A DNA stretch of 64,000 nucleotides from an uncultured Chlamydiae bacterium (GTDB taxonomy: Bacteria > Chlamydiota > Chlamydiia > Chlamydiales > JAJFMB01): NCBI GenBank assembly GCA_963696295.1, contig CAVOJR010000001.1:1696001-1760000 (forward strand), read 5' to 3'. Positions 39,441-48,935 of this stretch are shown piece by piece. The notes beneath the pieces were generated by a model that ran no database searches, had not been told where the DNA came from, and saw only the letters and a program-made list of their open reading frames with translations. Both the position numbers and the translations under genes were made by a program. Each line of letters begins with the position of its first letter. The stretch's first letter is position 1.

Positions 39441-40586
39441 ATGATTTTATTTGACCAACCCTTATCCCGATTTCCTTTAACTTCTGTTTCAGACTACCGC
39501 CGGATGGCAAAAAAACGATTGCCGGGGCAACTTTTCGACTTTCTCGACGGCGGGGCATTTGACGAGGTGACAATTGGAAAAAACAGCGAAGATTTCCAAG
39601 CGATACAATTTAGAAGGCGGGTATTGAAAGACGTCTCGAACATTAATACGACCACTGAAATTTTGGGGCAAAAAATTGATTTTCCTTTGATTCTCGCTCC
39701 GGTGGGATTTGCAGGTGTTTATGCACGGAGAGGGGAGGTGCAGGCGGCAAAGGCTGCAGCAAAGGCCAACATTCCTTTTAGTCTTTCAACGGTAAGTATA
39801 TGCTCTATTGAAGAAGTTTCCCAAAACTCTCCGACGCCTTTCTGGTTTCAATTTTACATGTTCAAAGATCGCGAGCACTCTTTAGATCTTTTGCAAAGGG
39901 CCCATGGTTGTCCTGTTTTGCTGATGACGGTCGACCTTCCTATTGCAGGAGCGCGCTATCGATATCATCGAAGTCGAAAGAACTATCGTATTATGAATTT
40001 CCTGGATACCATTATTCATCCTAAATGGTGGCTTGATGTTTGTTTGCGCGGCAATCCGCTTACGATTGGCAATATGCCCGGTTCTGCACCGGCCTTAAAC
40101 GATCTGTTAAATATGCGTAAATGGATGGGGAATCAGCTTAGTCAAAGCGTGTCCTGGAAAGATTTTGAGTGGGTTCGAGAGCATTGGAAGGGTAAAATTC
40201 TTATCAAAGGAATTTTAGACCCGGAAGATGCTGTGATAGCTGCAAAAGTGGGAGCGGATGGAATTGTGGTATCGAACCATGGTGGAAGACATCTTGACGG
40301 CACCTTATCAACGATTGCTGCTTTGCCTTCAATCTGTGATGCTGTAAAAGGCCAGCTGAAGATTCTAGTGGATGGCGGTATCACAAGCGGGGTCGATATG
40401 GTTAAAGCTTTGGCTGTTGGTGCAGATGCGTGTATGATTGGGAAACCTTGGGTTTATGGGTTAGCAGCCCGTGGTGAAGAGGGGGTTTTCGAAATTTTAG
40501 AAATTTTAAAAAAAGAGCTGCAAATAGTGATGACACATCTTGGAATCTCATCGATCGACGAGATTAGCCGTGATATCATTTATTAG
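39441..40586 (+). CDS. lldD: FMN-dependent L-lactate/alpha-hydroxy acid dehydrogenase
   Basis: ILAPVG, WFQFY, TVD, IKGIL, VSNHGGRHLD and VDGGI motifs. Confidence 0.88.
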   Translation: MILFDQPLSRFPLTSVSDYRRMAKKRLPGQLFDFLDGGAFDEVTIGKNSEDFQAIQFRRRVLKDVSNINTTTEILGQKIDFPLILAPVGFAGVYARRGEVQAAKAAAKANIPFSLSTVSICSIEEVSQNSPTPFWFQFYMFKDREHSLDLLQRAHGCPVLLMTVDLPIAGARYRYHRSRKNYRIMNFLDTIIHPKWWLDVCLRGNPLTIGNMPGSAPALNDLLNMRKWMGNQLSQSVSWKDFEWVREHWKGKILIKGILDPEDAVIAAKVGADGIVVSNHGGRHLDGTLSTIAALPSICDAVKGQLKILVDGGITSGVDMVKALAVGADACMIGKPWVYGLAARGEEGVFEILEILKKELQIVMTHLGISSIDEISRDIIY

Positions 40587-40844
40587 ATTAGATAAAGTCA
40601 TTAACATATGTTTGCAAATTTGTTCCATGAGGGAGAAAATGCTTATTTCCTTCATAAGTCAATCGTTTATTATGCGATTAAGCCTACCCTCTCTATTTGG
40701 GCACTTTAATGGGGAAAGAGGCTGCTCGCCTCTCTCCCCTTACCCCTCTCTCTCGGCAAGGGTATCCCTTGCAACCCAACTATCGTATTCAATTGACTTA
40801 TTCCACTGAATGGATGAAAGTTATGAATTTTATAACATTGGTGC

Positions 40845-40940
40845 ATGGACAGTAAAGATCGACTATTCGAGATAGCTGACAGGCAACAAGGTTTTTTTAT
40901 CTCCTGTTATAAAAACGGCAGGGGAACCACCTTTGTATGA
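40845..40940 (+). pseudogene. Truncated type IV TA AbiEi-like antitoxin N-terminus
   Basis: Translates MDSKDRLFEIADRQQGFFIS, resembling the AbiEi N-terminal 'L.EIA..QQGYFT' motif. It then runs into the gcvT 3'-end copy and stops after 31 codons. Confidence 0.55.
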
Positions 40941-41138
40941 TACCCAATTTATACCATTAGGCCCAATATTAGTTGGTAACTTTTCTTTCTGGCTTTTCCT
41001 TGTCGTGTCGCATTTCACTCAAAAGGATATATCCTGGAAAAGGTAGGAAAATCAATAGTATGCCATGAAACAACTTGTCTTTACGATTATACACCCTTGA
41101 TATACAATCATGGGCTTAGCATATTTGTTAATGAAACC

Positions 41139-43028
41139 ATGACACGCAAAGCAATCATTACTCCGCTAGACATTCTTACTAGGCTTTCTTGGGGTGAAAC
41201 AGATGATCTTGAATTCAAGTCAGCTAAAGGAGGTATGCCAGAAAACCTGTGGGAAACCTATAGTGCTATGGCAAATACCCTTGGCGGCGTTATTCTGTTA
41301 GGTGTTAAAGATGATGGCACAGTAATTGGAATTGCCGATATCAACAAAACCAAGAAGCAAATTTGTGATCTTCTTAACAACCGTCAAAAAGTGAATGTTA
41401 ATCTTATTCACGAAGGGGATATCCAAGTGGTTCCACACACTGATGGAAACATGCTTGCCATCCGTATTCGTCGCGCTGATCGTCGTGAAAGACCTATTTA
41501 TGTCGGGCAAAACCCACTTACTGGTACATATCGCCGCAATCATGAAGGTGATTACCGCTGTACAGAACAAGAAGTTAGACGCATGCTAGCTGATAGTGCT
41601 GAAGAACCTGCTGATAGTCGCATACTTGAAAATTTCACCTTAAACGACCTTGACTTATCAAGCCTTCATCAATATCGTAATCGCTTAGCCTCTCGCCAGC
41701 CTGCACATCCTTGGCTAGATGAAAACGATTTGGGTTTTTTAAAAAAGCTAGGTGGGTGGCGCTCTTGTCGTAAAAACAATATGGAGGGTCTAACAGTAGC
41801 TGGGCTTCTCATGTTCGGAAGAGATGAAACAATTCGAGAGGAAATACCACAATACCAGGTTGATTTCCGCGAGAGGCTATCTCTCGATCCAGAGATCCGC
41901 TGGACAGACCGTCTAACATTAGATGGAACTTGGCCGGGCAACCTCTATCAGTTTTATCATAGAGTCATTCAAAAGCTATCTTCAGACCTTAAACTTCCGT
42001 TTGAATTGGATAGCGATATGGTTAGAAAAGGAGAATCTGTAGTTCATGTTGCCATTAGAGAAGCCTTAATCAATGCGCTCATTCATGCGGATTACCAAGG
42101 ACAGGGCGGCATTGTCATAGAGAAATATCCTGATCGCTTCGAATTCTCAAATCCTGGATCTCTCCTCATTTCGTTCGATCAAATTCTTCAAGGTGGTATT
42201 AGCGAATGCAGAAATAAATCTTTGCAGCAAATATTTACCCTCATTGGAGCTGCGGAGAGAGCTGGATCCGGTATTGACAAAATTCGAACTGGCTGGGAAT
42301 CACAGCACTGGCGTTTACCAAGCGTCAGGGAACGCACACGCCCTGATCGAGTGATTTGGGTTCTTCCCATGGTAAGTCTGATTCCAGAAGAATCACTAGA
42401 TCGTCTCAAAAAACAATTTAGTTCTAAATTTTCTAAATTAGATCAATTCGAAGTCCAGGCTCTCGTAACTGCTGACATCGAAAAATATGTTAATAATGCC
42501 AGAATGCGCCAGATTACCGGTCTCCATCCTGCCGAAGTGACTAGCCTGCTACAAGGCTTGGTAAGCCGCGGTTTCCTTTGTCAAAATGGCCAATGCCGCT
42601 GGACTAATTATCAGCTCCCTCGGAGAATAGATTCCCTACATAACGAGGGTTACTCCCTACATAACGCGAGTCACTCCCTACATAACGCGAGTCACTCCCT
42701 ACATAACGCGAGTCACTCCCTACATAACGCGAGTCACTCCCTACATAACGATGATTACTCCCAAGAAACTGAACAATGGACAAATCTCGAAAATCTTGCA
42801 TTGCCTGCTATAAAAAGTAGACGACTACCTCCCCAAGAGATGGAAAAATTAATATTAAGACTCTGTAAAGATCAATGGCTAACAAGGCATCAGATTTGCA
42901 TACTCCTAAATCGAAATCCCGATGGGATTCTTTCAAGGTTTCTAACACCAATGGTTGAACATAAGCTCCTTATGCTGCGTTACCCAGACAAACCTAACCG
43001 AACCGATCAAGCCTATAGATCAGCGTAA
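41139..43028 (+). CDS. AlbA_2 (Schlafen-like) + HATPase_c_4 + wHTH protein ('RecG-like/ATP-binding regulator' class)
   Basis: ETDDLEFKSA, SAMANTLGGVILLGVKDDG, AIREALINALIHADY, NPG, CRN and ERAGSGI motifs. The start may extend to 41097. Confidence 0.88.
   Translation: MTRKAIITPLDILTRLSWGETDDLEFKSAKGGMPENLWETYSAMANTLGGVILLGVKDDGTVIGIADINKTKKQICDLLNNRQKVNVNLIHEGDIQVVPHTDGNMLAIRIRRADRRERPIYVGQNPLTGTYRRNHEGDYRCTEQEVRRMLADSAEEPADSRILENFTLNDLDLSSLHQYRNRLASRQPAHPWLDENDLGFLKKLGGWRSCRKNNMEGLTVAGLLMFGRDETIREEIPQYQVDFRERLSLDPEIRWTDRLTLDGTWPGNLYQFYHRVIQKLSSDLKLPFELDSDMVRKGESVVHVAIREALINALIHADYQGQGGIVIEKYPDRFEFSNPGSLLISFDQILQGGISECRNKSLQQIFTLIGAAERAGSGIDKIRTGWESQHWRLPSVRERTRPDRVIWVLPMVSLIPEESLDRLKKQFSSKFSKLDQFEVQALVTADIEKYVNNARMRQITGLHPAEVTSLLQGLVSRGFLCQNGQCRWTNYQLPRRIDSLHNEGYSLHNASHSLHNASHSLHNASHSLHNASHSLHNDDYSQETEQWTNLENLALPAIKSRRLPPQEMEKLILRLCKDQWLTRHQICILLNRNPDGILSRFLTPMVEHKLLMLRYPDKPNRTDQAYRSA
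42633..42762 (+). repeat. 21-bp coding tandem repeat, about 6 copies (SLHNASH)
   Basis: TCCCTACATAACG at 42633, 42654, 42675, 42696, 42717 and 42738. Confidence 0.97.
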
Positions 43029-43139
43029 AAATTTAAATCCATATTTGGTTCAATTTATCCAATTTTATATATAAAATGTTTAATATTTTGTGTTTTAAAT
43101 TAATGGATTAGTCTGACCTGATAGGTGAATTTTTATCTC

Positions 43140-44165
43140 TCATAAAAACGGCAGGGGAACCACCTTTGCAGGTATTTGTTTGTTGCGGATCAGCACGGTG
43201 ACTTCAGAGTTCAATTTTAAAGGCTTATCAGCCAGGATGATCGCAATCCCCTTCTCAAGGGTGGGAGAAAAGGTTCCGGATGTGACCGTGCCTATTTTTG
43301 CGCCCTGATCATAAACTTCATGGTCGGCCCTCGCGATCGCTTCCAGGACAATGCCCCATTCGCTGCGCGGATTTTTAAGGGCGAGCAGGGCATCTTTACC
43401 AAGGAAGGATTTGTCGAATTTGACGGTCCAGGCGGCGACGCTTTCGGTCGGGGCGATCGAATCGCTGAGTTCATGCCCATAAAGAGCGTACCCCTTTTCC
43501 AGGCGGAGAGCATCCCGTGCGCCAAGTCCGGCCGGAGTGATGCCGAGGCCGATGAAGGCGTCCCAAAGCTCCACGATTTTTTCCTGCGGGGCGTAAATTT
43601 CACACCCCTTCTCTCCCGTGTAACCGGTGCCGGCGACGATCAGATTGTCCAGGGATAAAAAGCGCATCGGTTTTAAGCCGCCCACTTCCGGAATCACTTT
43701 TTCGACTAAGGGCAGGGCGGCTGGCCCTTGAATGGCTATAATGCCTTCCCCCTCGAAACAGTCTTCGATAACGACATCGAAAGGGGCGCTCTCTTGTAAC
43801 AGATGGGAGTAATCTTTTTGCCGGTTTGAGGCGTTGCAGATGACAAAAAAGTGCTCCTGGTCGATTTTATAGACGATCAGATCATCGATTGAAGTGCCGT
43901 CGGCGCGGCACCAGACGGTGTAGGTGGCCGACCCATTTTTTTTGCCGGCGATCTGATTGGTCGAGAGGTAGTCGAGAAACTTTTCACTCTCTTGGCCGCT
44001 GATTTTAATCCGGCCCATGTGGGAAACGTCGAATATTCCGGCCTTATGTCTCACGTTCCGGCTCTCCTGCAGGATGCCGGTATACTGCAAGGGCATCTCC
44101 CAGCCGGCAAAATCGACTATTTTTGCTCCTAAGAGAACATGCCGGTCAAAGAGGGCCGTTCTCAC
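43140..44165 (-). CDS. gcvT: Glycine cleavage system aminomethyltransferase T
   Basis: FAGWEMP, FDVSHMG, TGYTGE.G.E and GLGARDALRLE motifs. The GTG start overlaps the upstream TGA. Confidence 0.96.
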   Translation of the reverse strand: MRTALFDRHVLLGAKIVDFAGWEMPLQYTGILQESRNVRHKAGIFDVSHMGRIKISGQESEKFLDYLSTNQIAGKKNGSATYTVWCRADGTSIDDLIVYKIDQEHFFVICNASNRQKDYSHLLQESAPFDVVIEDCFEGEGIIAIQGPAALPLVEKVIPEVGGLKPMRFLSLDNLIVAGTGYTGEKGCEIYAPQEKIVELWDAFIGLGITPAGLGARDALRLEKGYALYGHELSDSIAPTESVAAWTVKFDKSFLGKDALLALKNPRSEWGIVLEAIARADHEVYDQGAKIGTVTSGTFSPTLEKGIAIILADKPLKLNSEVTVLIRNKQIPAKVVPLPFL

Positions 44166-44797
44166 GGAATCAGCCTCACGCTGCTCCAAAGAGAGGGGCC
44201 TTGTTCGATCGGGTAATCTTGGCTGGAGGCGGAAAAGTGCTGGGGGTTCGCGCCGTAAGAGTTGACGCGGTAGGTCATGCCGAGGCGGTTGAATTGCTCC
44301 GGTTCATAACCGTGCAGGCATTGCTTCGGTATGATAAAGTCCAGAGCGTAGCCCTTCTTGAAGAGCTCCGAACGCACGATCAGCTCTTTTGGAGAACAGA
44401 GCTCATGGGCGTCTTCTGTGCGGAAACGGGTGATTTCACCGGCCTGAATCTCCTCGTCAGTAGGGGAGGGAAGGCAGAAAAAGTGGTGGCAGAAGCGGGT
44501 ATTGAAGCTCGCGCTTTTCATGTCTCTCGTATCGATGAACACCTCAAAGCTGTCCCCTTTTTGGATGCTCGGGTAAACCGAACGGATGAAGGGGCGTCTG
44601 GAAAGGAGATGGAAATGGATCCCCTCCTCATTCCAGCCCATAGATACTTCGGCAAAAGGGATCTCATTGCAAAGAGCTGAAGTGTCGGGCAGCAGATATT
44701 TCGCCGGATCGCCCATCTCTTTTGTCAGATGATGGGCGTCGGCACGTAGTTGAAAAAAACTGATCGGAGACAGATTGATTTGGATATCTTCTATCAT
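44162..44797 (-). CDS. Conserved hypothetical protein (DOMON/CBM9-like)
   Basis: GWNEEGI, DSFEVFIDTRD...RFCHHF and LHGYEP motifs; coupled to its neighbours. Confidence 0.6.
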   Translation of the reverse strand: MIEDIQINLSPISFFQLRADAHHLTKEMGDPAKYLLPDTSALCNEIPFAEVSMGWNEEGIHFHLLSRRPFIRSVYPSIQKGDSFEVFIDTRDMKSASFNTRFCHHFFCLPSPTDEEIQAGEITRFRTEDAHELCSPKELIVRSELFKKGYALDFIIPKQCLHGYEPEQFNRLGMTYRVNSYGANPQHFSASSQDYPIEQGPSLWSSVRLIP

Positions 44798-47094
44798 TGC
44801 TGTTCTAATCGATCCATATAGCTTAGCGAAATGGCATTTTTAGCTTTAAAGGTATTCAGGAGTTGTTCCGCGAGTTCCTGCATCGCGTCGTTTCCGAGCA
44901 ATTGGCGGCTGCCTGCGATTTGCGCGGCTTTCGGCTTAGGTGATTCCACGCCCTTTTCCTTCAGGAAAAAGAAGAAAAGCTCGCCGTTTGGCAAGGTGTT
45001 GACCTGAGACCAGGATTTTTCACCCATGGCGAAGGTCTCTTGCTTGTTGATCGGATCGGAGCTCTTGCGTTCAGTGACAAAGGGCTTCTTTTCCAGTCTC
45101 CACTGATCTTTCAAGGTATTAGCTTCACTGGAGGCTACCAGGTTTTTTTCGCTATCCGGAAAGTTTTTCAGCCGATCCTCCGAGCTTCTCATATAGCTGT
45201 AGAAGCGAAGAGAGGAGAGAAGATCGTTATTGAGCTGGCTTGGGGAGATTTTCCCTTGCGCTTCCTTTTTAATCGCCTGTAAAACAGGTCCATACACATC
45301 CTCGGCAACCAGATCTTTCAAGTCAGCAAAAGGTTTCTCGTATTGATCTTTTTGGCTCTGATAGGCCTTTTGCAGCTGCTTATCAACCAGTCCATCTAAG
45401 ATTCCTTCCTTGTTTGCTTCGGCGAAAGTCAAAATTTCCATATTCGGAGCGCGCTCCAATACGGTGATCCGGTAGAAATTTTTTCCGTTAGAGGAGAATT
45501 GGGCCAGTTTGGGGCTTTGTTCCTTTAATGGGGCCTGATCGAGCAGGCGGATCAGTTCTTCCCGGTTATCCAGTCCTTTAAAAGGGGAGGCTCCTCCTTT
45601 GAAGCTCAAGGCCGCAGAAATTTGCTTAGGCTCAATTTTATCCAGCGCCTGGGCAATCCATTCCGGATGAGCATCGGCCATTTTTCCTCTGGAATAAGCG
45701 TTGACGCGTAATTTGGTGCGGTTGTCGAGTTGATCCAAGGCTTGAAAGCGCTCTTCTTCCGTTTGGGCTTTTTTCACTCCCAGGTCGGGGAACTCTTTCG
45801 TTAAGGCCGCCCAGTTGTTATCGCTGACTTGCCATTGCCACATCTCTTTGACGCTGATTTTGTTCTGAAGATCGTTTTTATCGATTTCGGCAATCTCCAG
45901 CACATATTGTTTTTTCACCAGTTCCGGCGCGCTTTTGAGCACATCGGCGGGTGATTGAAAAAGGGTTGGCAAACCGAGGAGATCCTCTTTTTTGCTCTTT
46001 GACACCGCGCTGAGATACGTTTCAAACTTTTGCAGGTCTTTGAAACTGCCGATGCGCAAAGGCTCGGGGAGGGTATAGAGGTCTCCGCGGACCGATTGAT
46101 TGGCGTATTCATTGAATTTTTCAAAGGTGAAAGGAGAGACAAAGACCGAGCTGCCCATATCTTCAAAGAGGCGGCGGAACAGCAAAACATTGCGCCAGAT
46201 TTTTACGGCGCTTGTGCGGTCGAGGCCGGAGCGGCGGAGCTGTTCGCTTAGGTATTCCCCGCTGTTTGCCAACCCGACGTTGACGTGGCTGCTGATTTGG
46301 CGATAGCTCTCTTCGGCATTCTGCATCAGATCGGCGAGCGCTTCGTTGTCAGATACGCGGTAGCCCCGCTCTTCGGCGATGGCGGCGCTATTCAAAATAA
46401 ATTGCGCTACAATTCTCAAGAAGCGGGAGCCGAACCAATCCTCTAAAGTATAATGGTTGAAGAGGAAGAGATCGGTGCGTTCCAGTTGCTGGTCGGGATG
46501 GACGAAACTGTATTGCTGCTCCTGGTATTGTAAAATTTGCTTCAGAGCCGGAGCCGGAAAGCTGCGCTCGTCCAAAAAAAGATTGATGCGTTGGGCGATA
46601 GCGTCGGGATCTGTCGCGCTTTTGGCCTGCTGCAGTTTATGAAAGTGGGCTCTTTTGGCCGGAATGAAGTATTCCCAGGCCGTTTCGGCGCTGATAAACT
46701 GCGCCTCGGGATGCTTATAAAGAGTGTATTTTTTTTCCTTTTCCAGGCGTTGGTCCCAATCGTTTTTGAGTTCGGGGGCATACGCTTCTGCCAGGATTTT
46801 AGCCAATCCCGTTTCGAGAATATCTTTTTTGACGACGCCGTCGTTTAAGAAATTCGGTCCCCACATGCCTCCGAAGAGCATTTTATCTTCATTGTCGGTG
46901 CTTAAGAATTGTGTGAGGGCTTCAACTTCGGAGCGTTTGATTTTCTTGCCGTTAACCGCGGTGAAAGCCACGGGGTCTTCGGCGGCTTGTTGCGGCAGCG
47001 TACTGTAGGTGCCAAAAAACGAGAAGGAACAAACGATCACAATAGTGATGGCGATATAAAAGTAACGTTGGTATTTTCTAAAGAAATGTAACAT
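44794..47094 (-). CDS. Conserved chlamydial membrane-anchored protein (SurA-N/PpiD-like)
   Basis: MLHFFRKYQR + TM + VNG start typical of PpiD-like proteins; located next to the gcv and lipoate ligase genes. Confidence 0.6.
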   Translation of the reverse strand: MLHFFRKYQRYFYIAITIVIVCSFSFFGTYSTLPQQAAEDPVAFTAVNGKKIKRSEVEALTQFLSTDNEDKMLFGGMWGPNFLNDGVVKKDILETGLAKILAEAYAPELKNDWDQRLEKEKKYTLYKHPEAQFISAETAWEYFIPAKRAHFHKLQQAKSATDPDAIAQRINLFLDERSFPAPALKQILQYQEQQYSFVHPDQQLERTDLFLFNHYTLEDWFGSRFLRIVAQFILNSAAIAEERGYRVSDNEALADLMQNAEESYRQISSHVNVGLANSGEYLSEQLRRSGLDRTSAVKIWRNVLLFRRLFEDMGSSVFVSPFTFEKFNEYANQSVRGDLYTLPEPLRIGSFKDLQKFETYLSAVSKSKKEDLLGLPTLFQSPADVLKSAPELVKKQYVLEIAEIDKNDLQNKISVKEMWQWQVSDNNWAALTKEFPDLGVKKAQTEEERFQALDQLDNRTKLRVNAYSRGKMADAHPEWIAQALDKIEPKQISAALSFKGGASPFKGLDNREELIRLLDQAPLKEQSPKLAQFSSNGKNFYRITVLERAPNMEILTFAEANKEGILDGLVDKQLQKAYQSQKDQYEKPFADLKDLVAEDVYGPVLQAIKKEAQGKISPSQLNNDLLSSLRFYSYMRSSEDRLKNFPDSEKNLVASSEANTLKDQWRLEKKPFVTERKSSDPINKQETFAMGEKSWSQVNTLPNGELFFFFLKEKGVESPKPKAAQIAGSRQLLGNDAMQELAEQLLNTFKAKNAISLSYMDRLEQQ

Positions 47095-47186
47095 TATCTC
47101 TCCCTTTAAGCAAAGTAGCTATGCTAACAAAAAATATCCTTTAGGACAAAGGCTTTTCGTAAAAGTTCTTGCGACATTGATAATTT

Positions 47187-47597
47187 TTAGGGACGTACGT
47201 TTTTCCCGAATCGCGCAATGGGCACAATTTTAATGCCGCCTCTCGGAGAAAAATCACCTTTGACCTCCAGCCACTTCGGCTGTAAAACAGCAGCGAGGTC
47301 CTCGCAGATTTTGTTGATCACAAACTCATGGAAGATGCCGACGTTGCGGTAGGCGCCCAGATATAATTTTAACGCTTTCGACTCCACGAGCCACTTGTCC
47401 GGAAGATAATGAATCGTGATTTGAGCGAAATCGGGCTGGGAGGTGATGGGGCAGATGCAGGTAAATTCCTGGCAGAAGAGATTGACTTCATAGTCGGCAT
47501 CGGGAAAGCGGTTGGGAATCACTTCCAGCCGGGCTTCATCGGGGTGGCTGGGCTGAGGGGTTTTTTCTCCTAAAATACTTAATTTTAAATCCTGCAT
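47187..47597 (-). CDS. queF: NADPH-dependent preQ0 reductase
   Basis: EFTCICPITSQPDFA, VESKALKLY, FHE and PRGGI motifs. Confidence 0.95.
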   Translation of the reverse strand: MQDLKLSILGEKTPQPSHPDEARLEVIPNRFPDADYEVNLFCQEFTCICPITSQPDFAQITIHYLPDKWLVESKALKLYLGAYRNVGIFHEFVINKICEDLAAVLQPKWLEVKGDFSPRGGIKIVPIARFGKNVRP

Positions 47598-48262
47598 TTT
47601 TCACCTATTTCTGCTATAAAGAGGGTTTTTAGCTTGTCCCGCATCTCGTTGACCGGGGTTCCAGAGGGAGCTAGAGAGCAGCTGTTCTGCTGCATGCTTT
47701 GTATCACTTGAGGGTCTTTTACAACATCCTCGAGAATCTCTTTCGAGGGGGGCACGAGGGCGATGCTGCCCTGATGGAGAAAACCGAATTTTGTGCAGCG
47801 CTCCGCCGCTCCGCCGATCTTTTGTCCGTTGATCAGGAGGTCGTAAATGGTCGGCTTGGCCATGCAGAAGGGGGAGGCGCCGGTTTCGCCTGTCAGGAGC
47901 TCTGTTTTTTGCCCCTGCAAAATTTGGCTGACCGCCGTGTTGACAAAGAGGTAGTTATCCAGTGGATTGCGGGAATAGGCGGGATGGGCGGAGGGGATTA
48001 ACAGGGAGAAAGTAAAGTCCCAGAGGTGGAAAATAATGCCTCCGCCGGTGGGTCTTTTGGCCAGTTGCAGTCCTCTTTTTTTTACCCCTTCTTCGTTCAA
48101 ATGGGCGAAGGGCTGAATAAAGTAGCCGTAAGTCGCCGCTTCGGGCTCAAACTGGTAGAGATGCAAAACAGGTTCCTGGGAATGCTCCAGATTTTTTAAG
48201 AGCTCGCTGTCGATTTCCATATTTTTCCAGGCGGGCGCCCGGCCGGTGTCTACAATTTTCAT
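47585..48262 (-). CDS. Lipoate-protein ligase A family protein
   Basis: NMEID, RPTGGGIIFH, KIGGAA and LHQGSI motifs. Confidence 0.9.
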   Translation of the reverse strand: MKIVDTGRAPAWKNMEIDSELLKNLEHSQEPVLHLYQFEPEAATYGYFIQPFAHLNEEGVKKRGLQLAKRPTGGGIIFHLWDFTFSLLIPSAHPAYSRNPLDNYLFVNTAVSQILQGQKTELLTGETGASPFCMAKPTIYDLLINGQKIGGAAERCTKFGFLHQGSIALVPPSKEILEDVVKDPQVIQSMQQNSCSLAPSGTPVNEMRDKLKTLFIAEIGEKCRI

Positions 48263-48897
48263 CGGTATACTATCGGATGCCTTTCGTCGGTCAGCCGGTC
48301 GCCGAAATTGTAGCCGAATTCTTTCAAATAATTTATATGTGCATCTTTATCCTGGTAGATATAAAGAGCCCGTTCATGCGTGTAGGCGATCAGCAGGAAA
48401 GCCTGATCTTTAAGCGCGTCCATCTGGTCCCAGGGAAGAGAGTAGTTTGAGTGGAAGAAAGTGGCGTCGCCGCCTTTTGTCGGGAAAAATTCATTGGGGA
48501 TGACCGTCTCAGCATCGACCAGGCAGATCAGCACGCCGCACATGATCCCCTGGATGCAGCTGATCTGTTCCAAAGAATTTTTTGCAGGGTAGGGAAGGGG
48601 AGGCAGGAGGTATTGGTCGTAGCCGAGGCGCAAAGGTTTATAATCGAGGAGCTCGGAGGCGATTCCGGCCATTTTGCGGTGGTTCAGGATTTTGTATAAG
48701 CGGTCGCTTCCTCTCCACAGATCGCGCCCTTTCAGGAAAAGCTCCTGAGGCGTCTTAAACGGAGTTTTTTTGGCCAGGGTCAGGTTTATTTCGAGGTTGA
48801 TCGCCTGGGTTTCTTCAGGAGTGAACAGCTCCTCGAACTGAATATACCCATTGGTTTGGAAAAAGGATTGATGCGCCAAATCTACAGTAATTTTCAT
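48259..48897 (-). CDS. Hypothetical protein with a PhyH-like N-terminus
   Basis: FFQTNGYIQFEELF and GRDLWR motifs; catalytic residues are not evident. Confidence 0.55.
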   Translation of the reverse strand: MKITVDLAHQSFFQTNGYIQFEELFTPEETQAINLEINLTLAKKTPFKTPQELFLKGRDLWRGSDRLYKILNHRKMAGIASELLDYKPLRLGYDQYLLPPLPYPAKNSLEQISCIQGIMCGVLICLVDAETVIPNEFFPTKGGDATFFHSNYSLPWDQMDALKDQAFLLIAYTHERALYIYQDKDAHINYLKEFGYNFGDRLTDERHPIVYR

Positions 48898-48935
48898 GGG
48901 GTCTATTGTAAAGGAAGGAAGGAAAATAGGAAAGA

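Larger units (their letters stand above)
40909..43168. mobile_element. Integrase-less genomic islet inserted at the gcvT 3' end, flanked by 27-bp direct repeats
   Basis: ATAAAAACGGCAGGGGAACCACCTTTG occurs at 40909-40935 and 43142-43168; the interior is visibly more AT-rich than gcvT. Confidence 0.8.
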
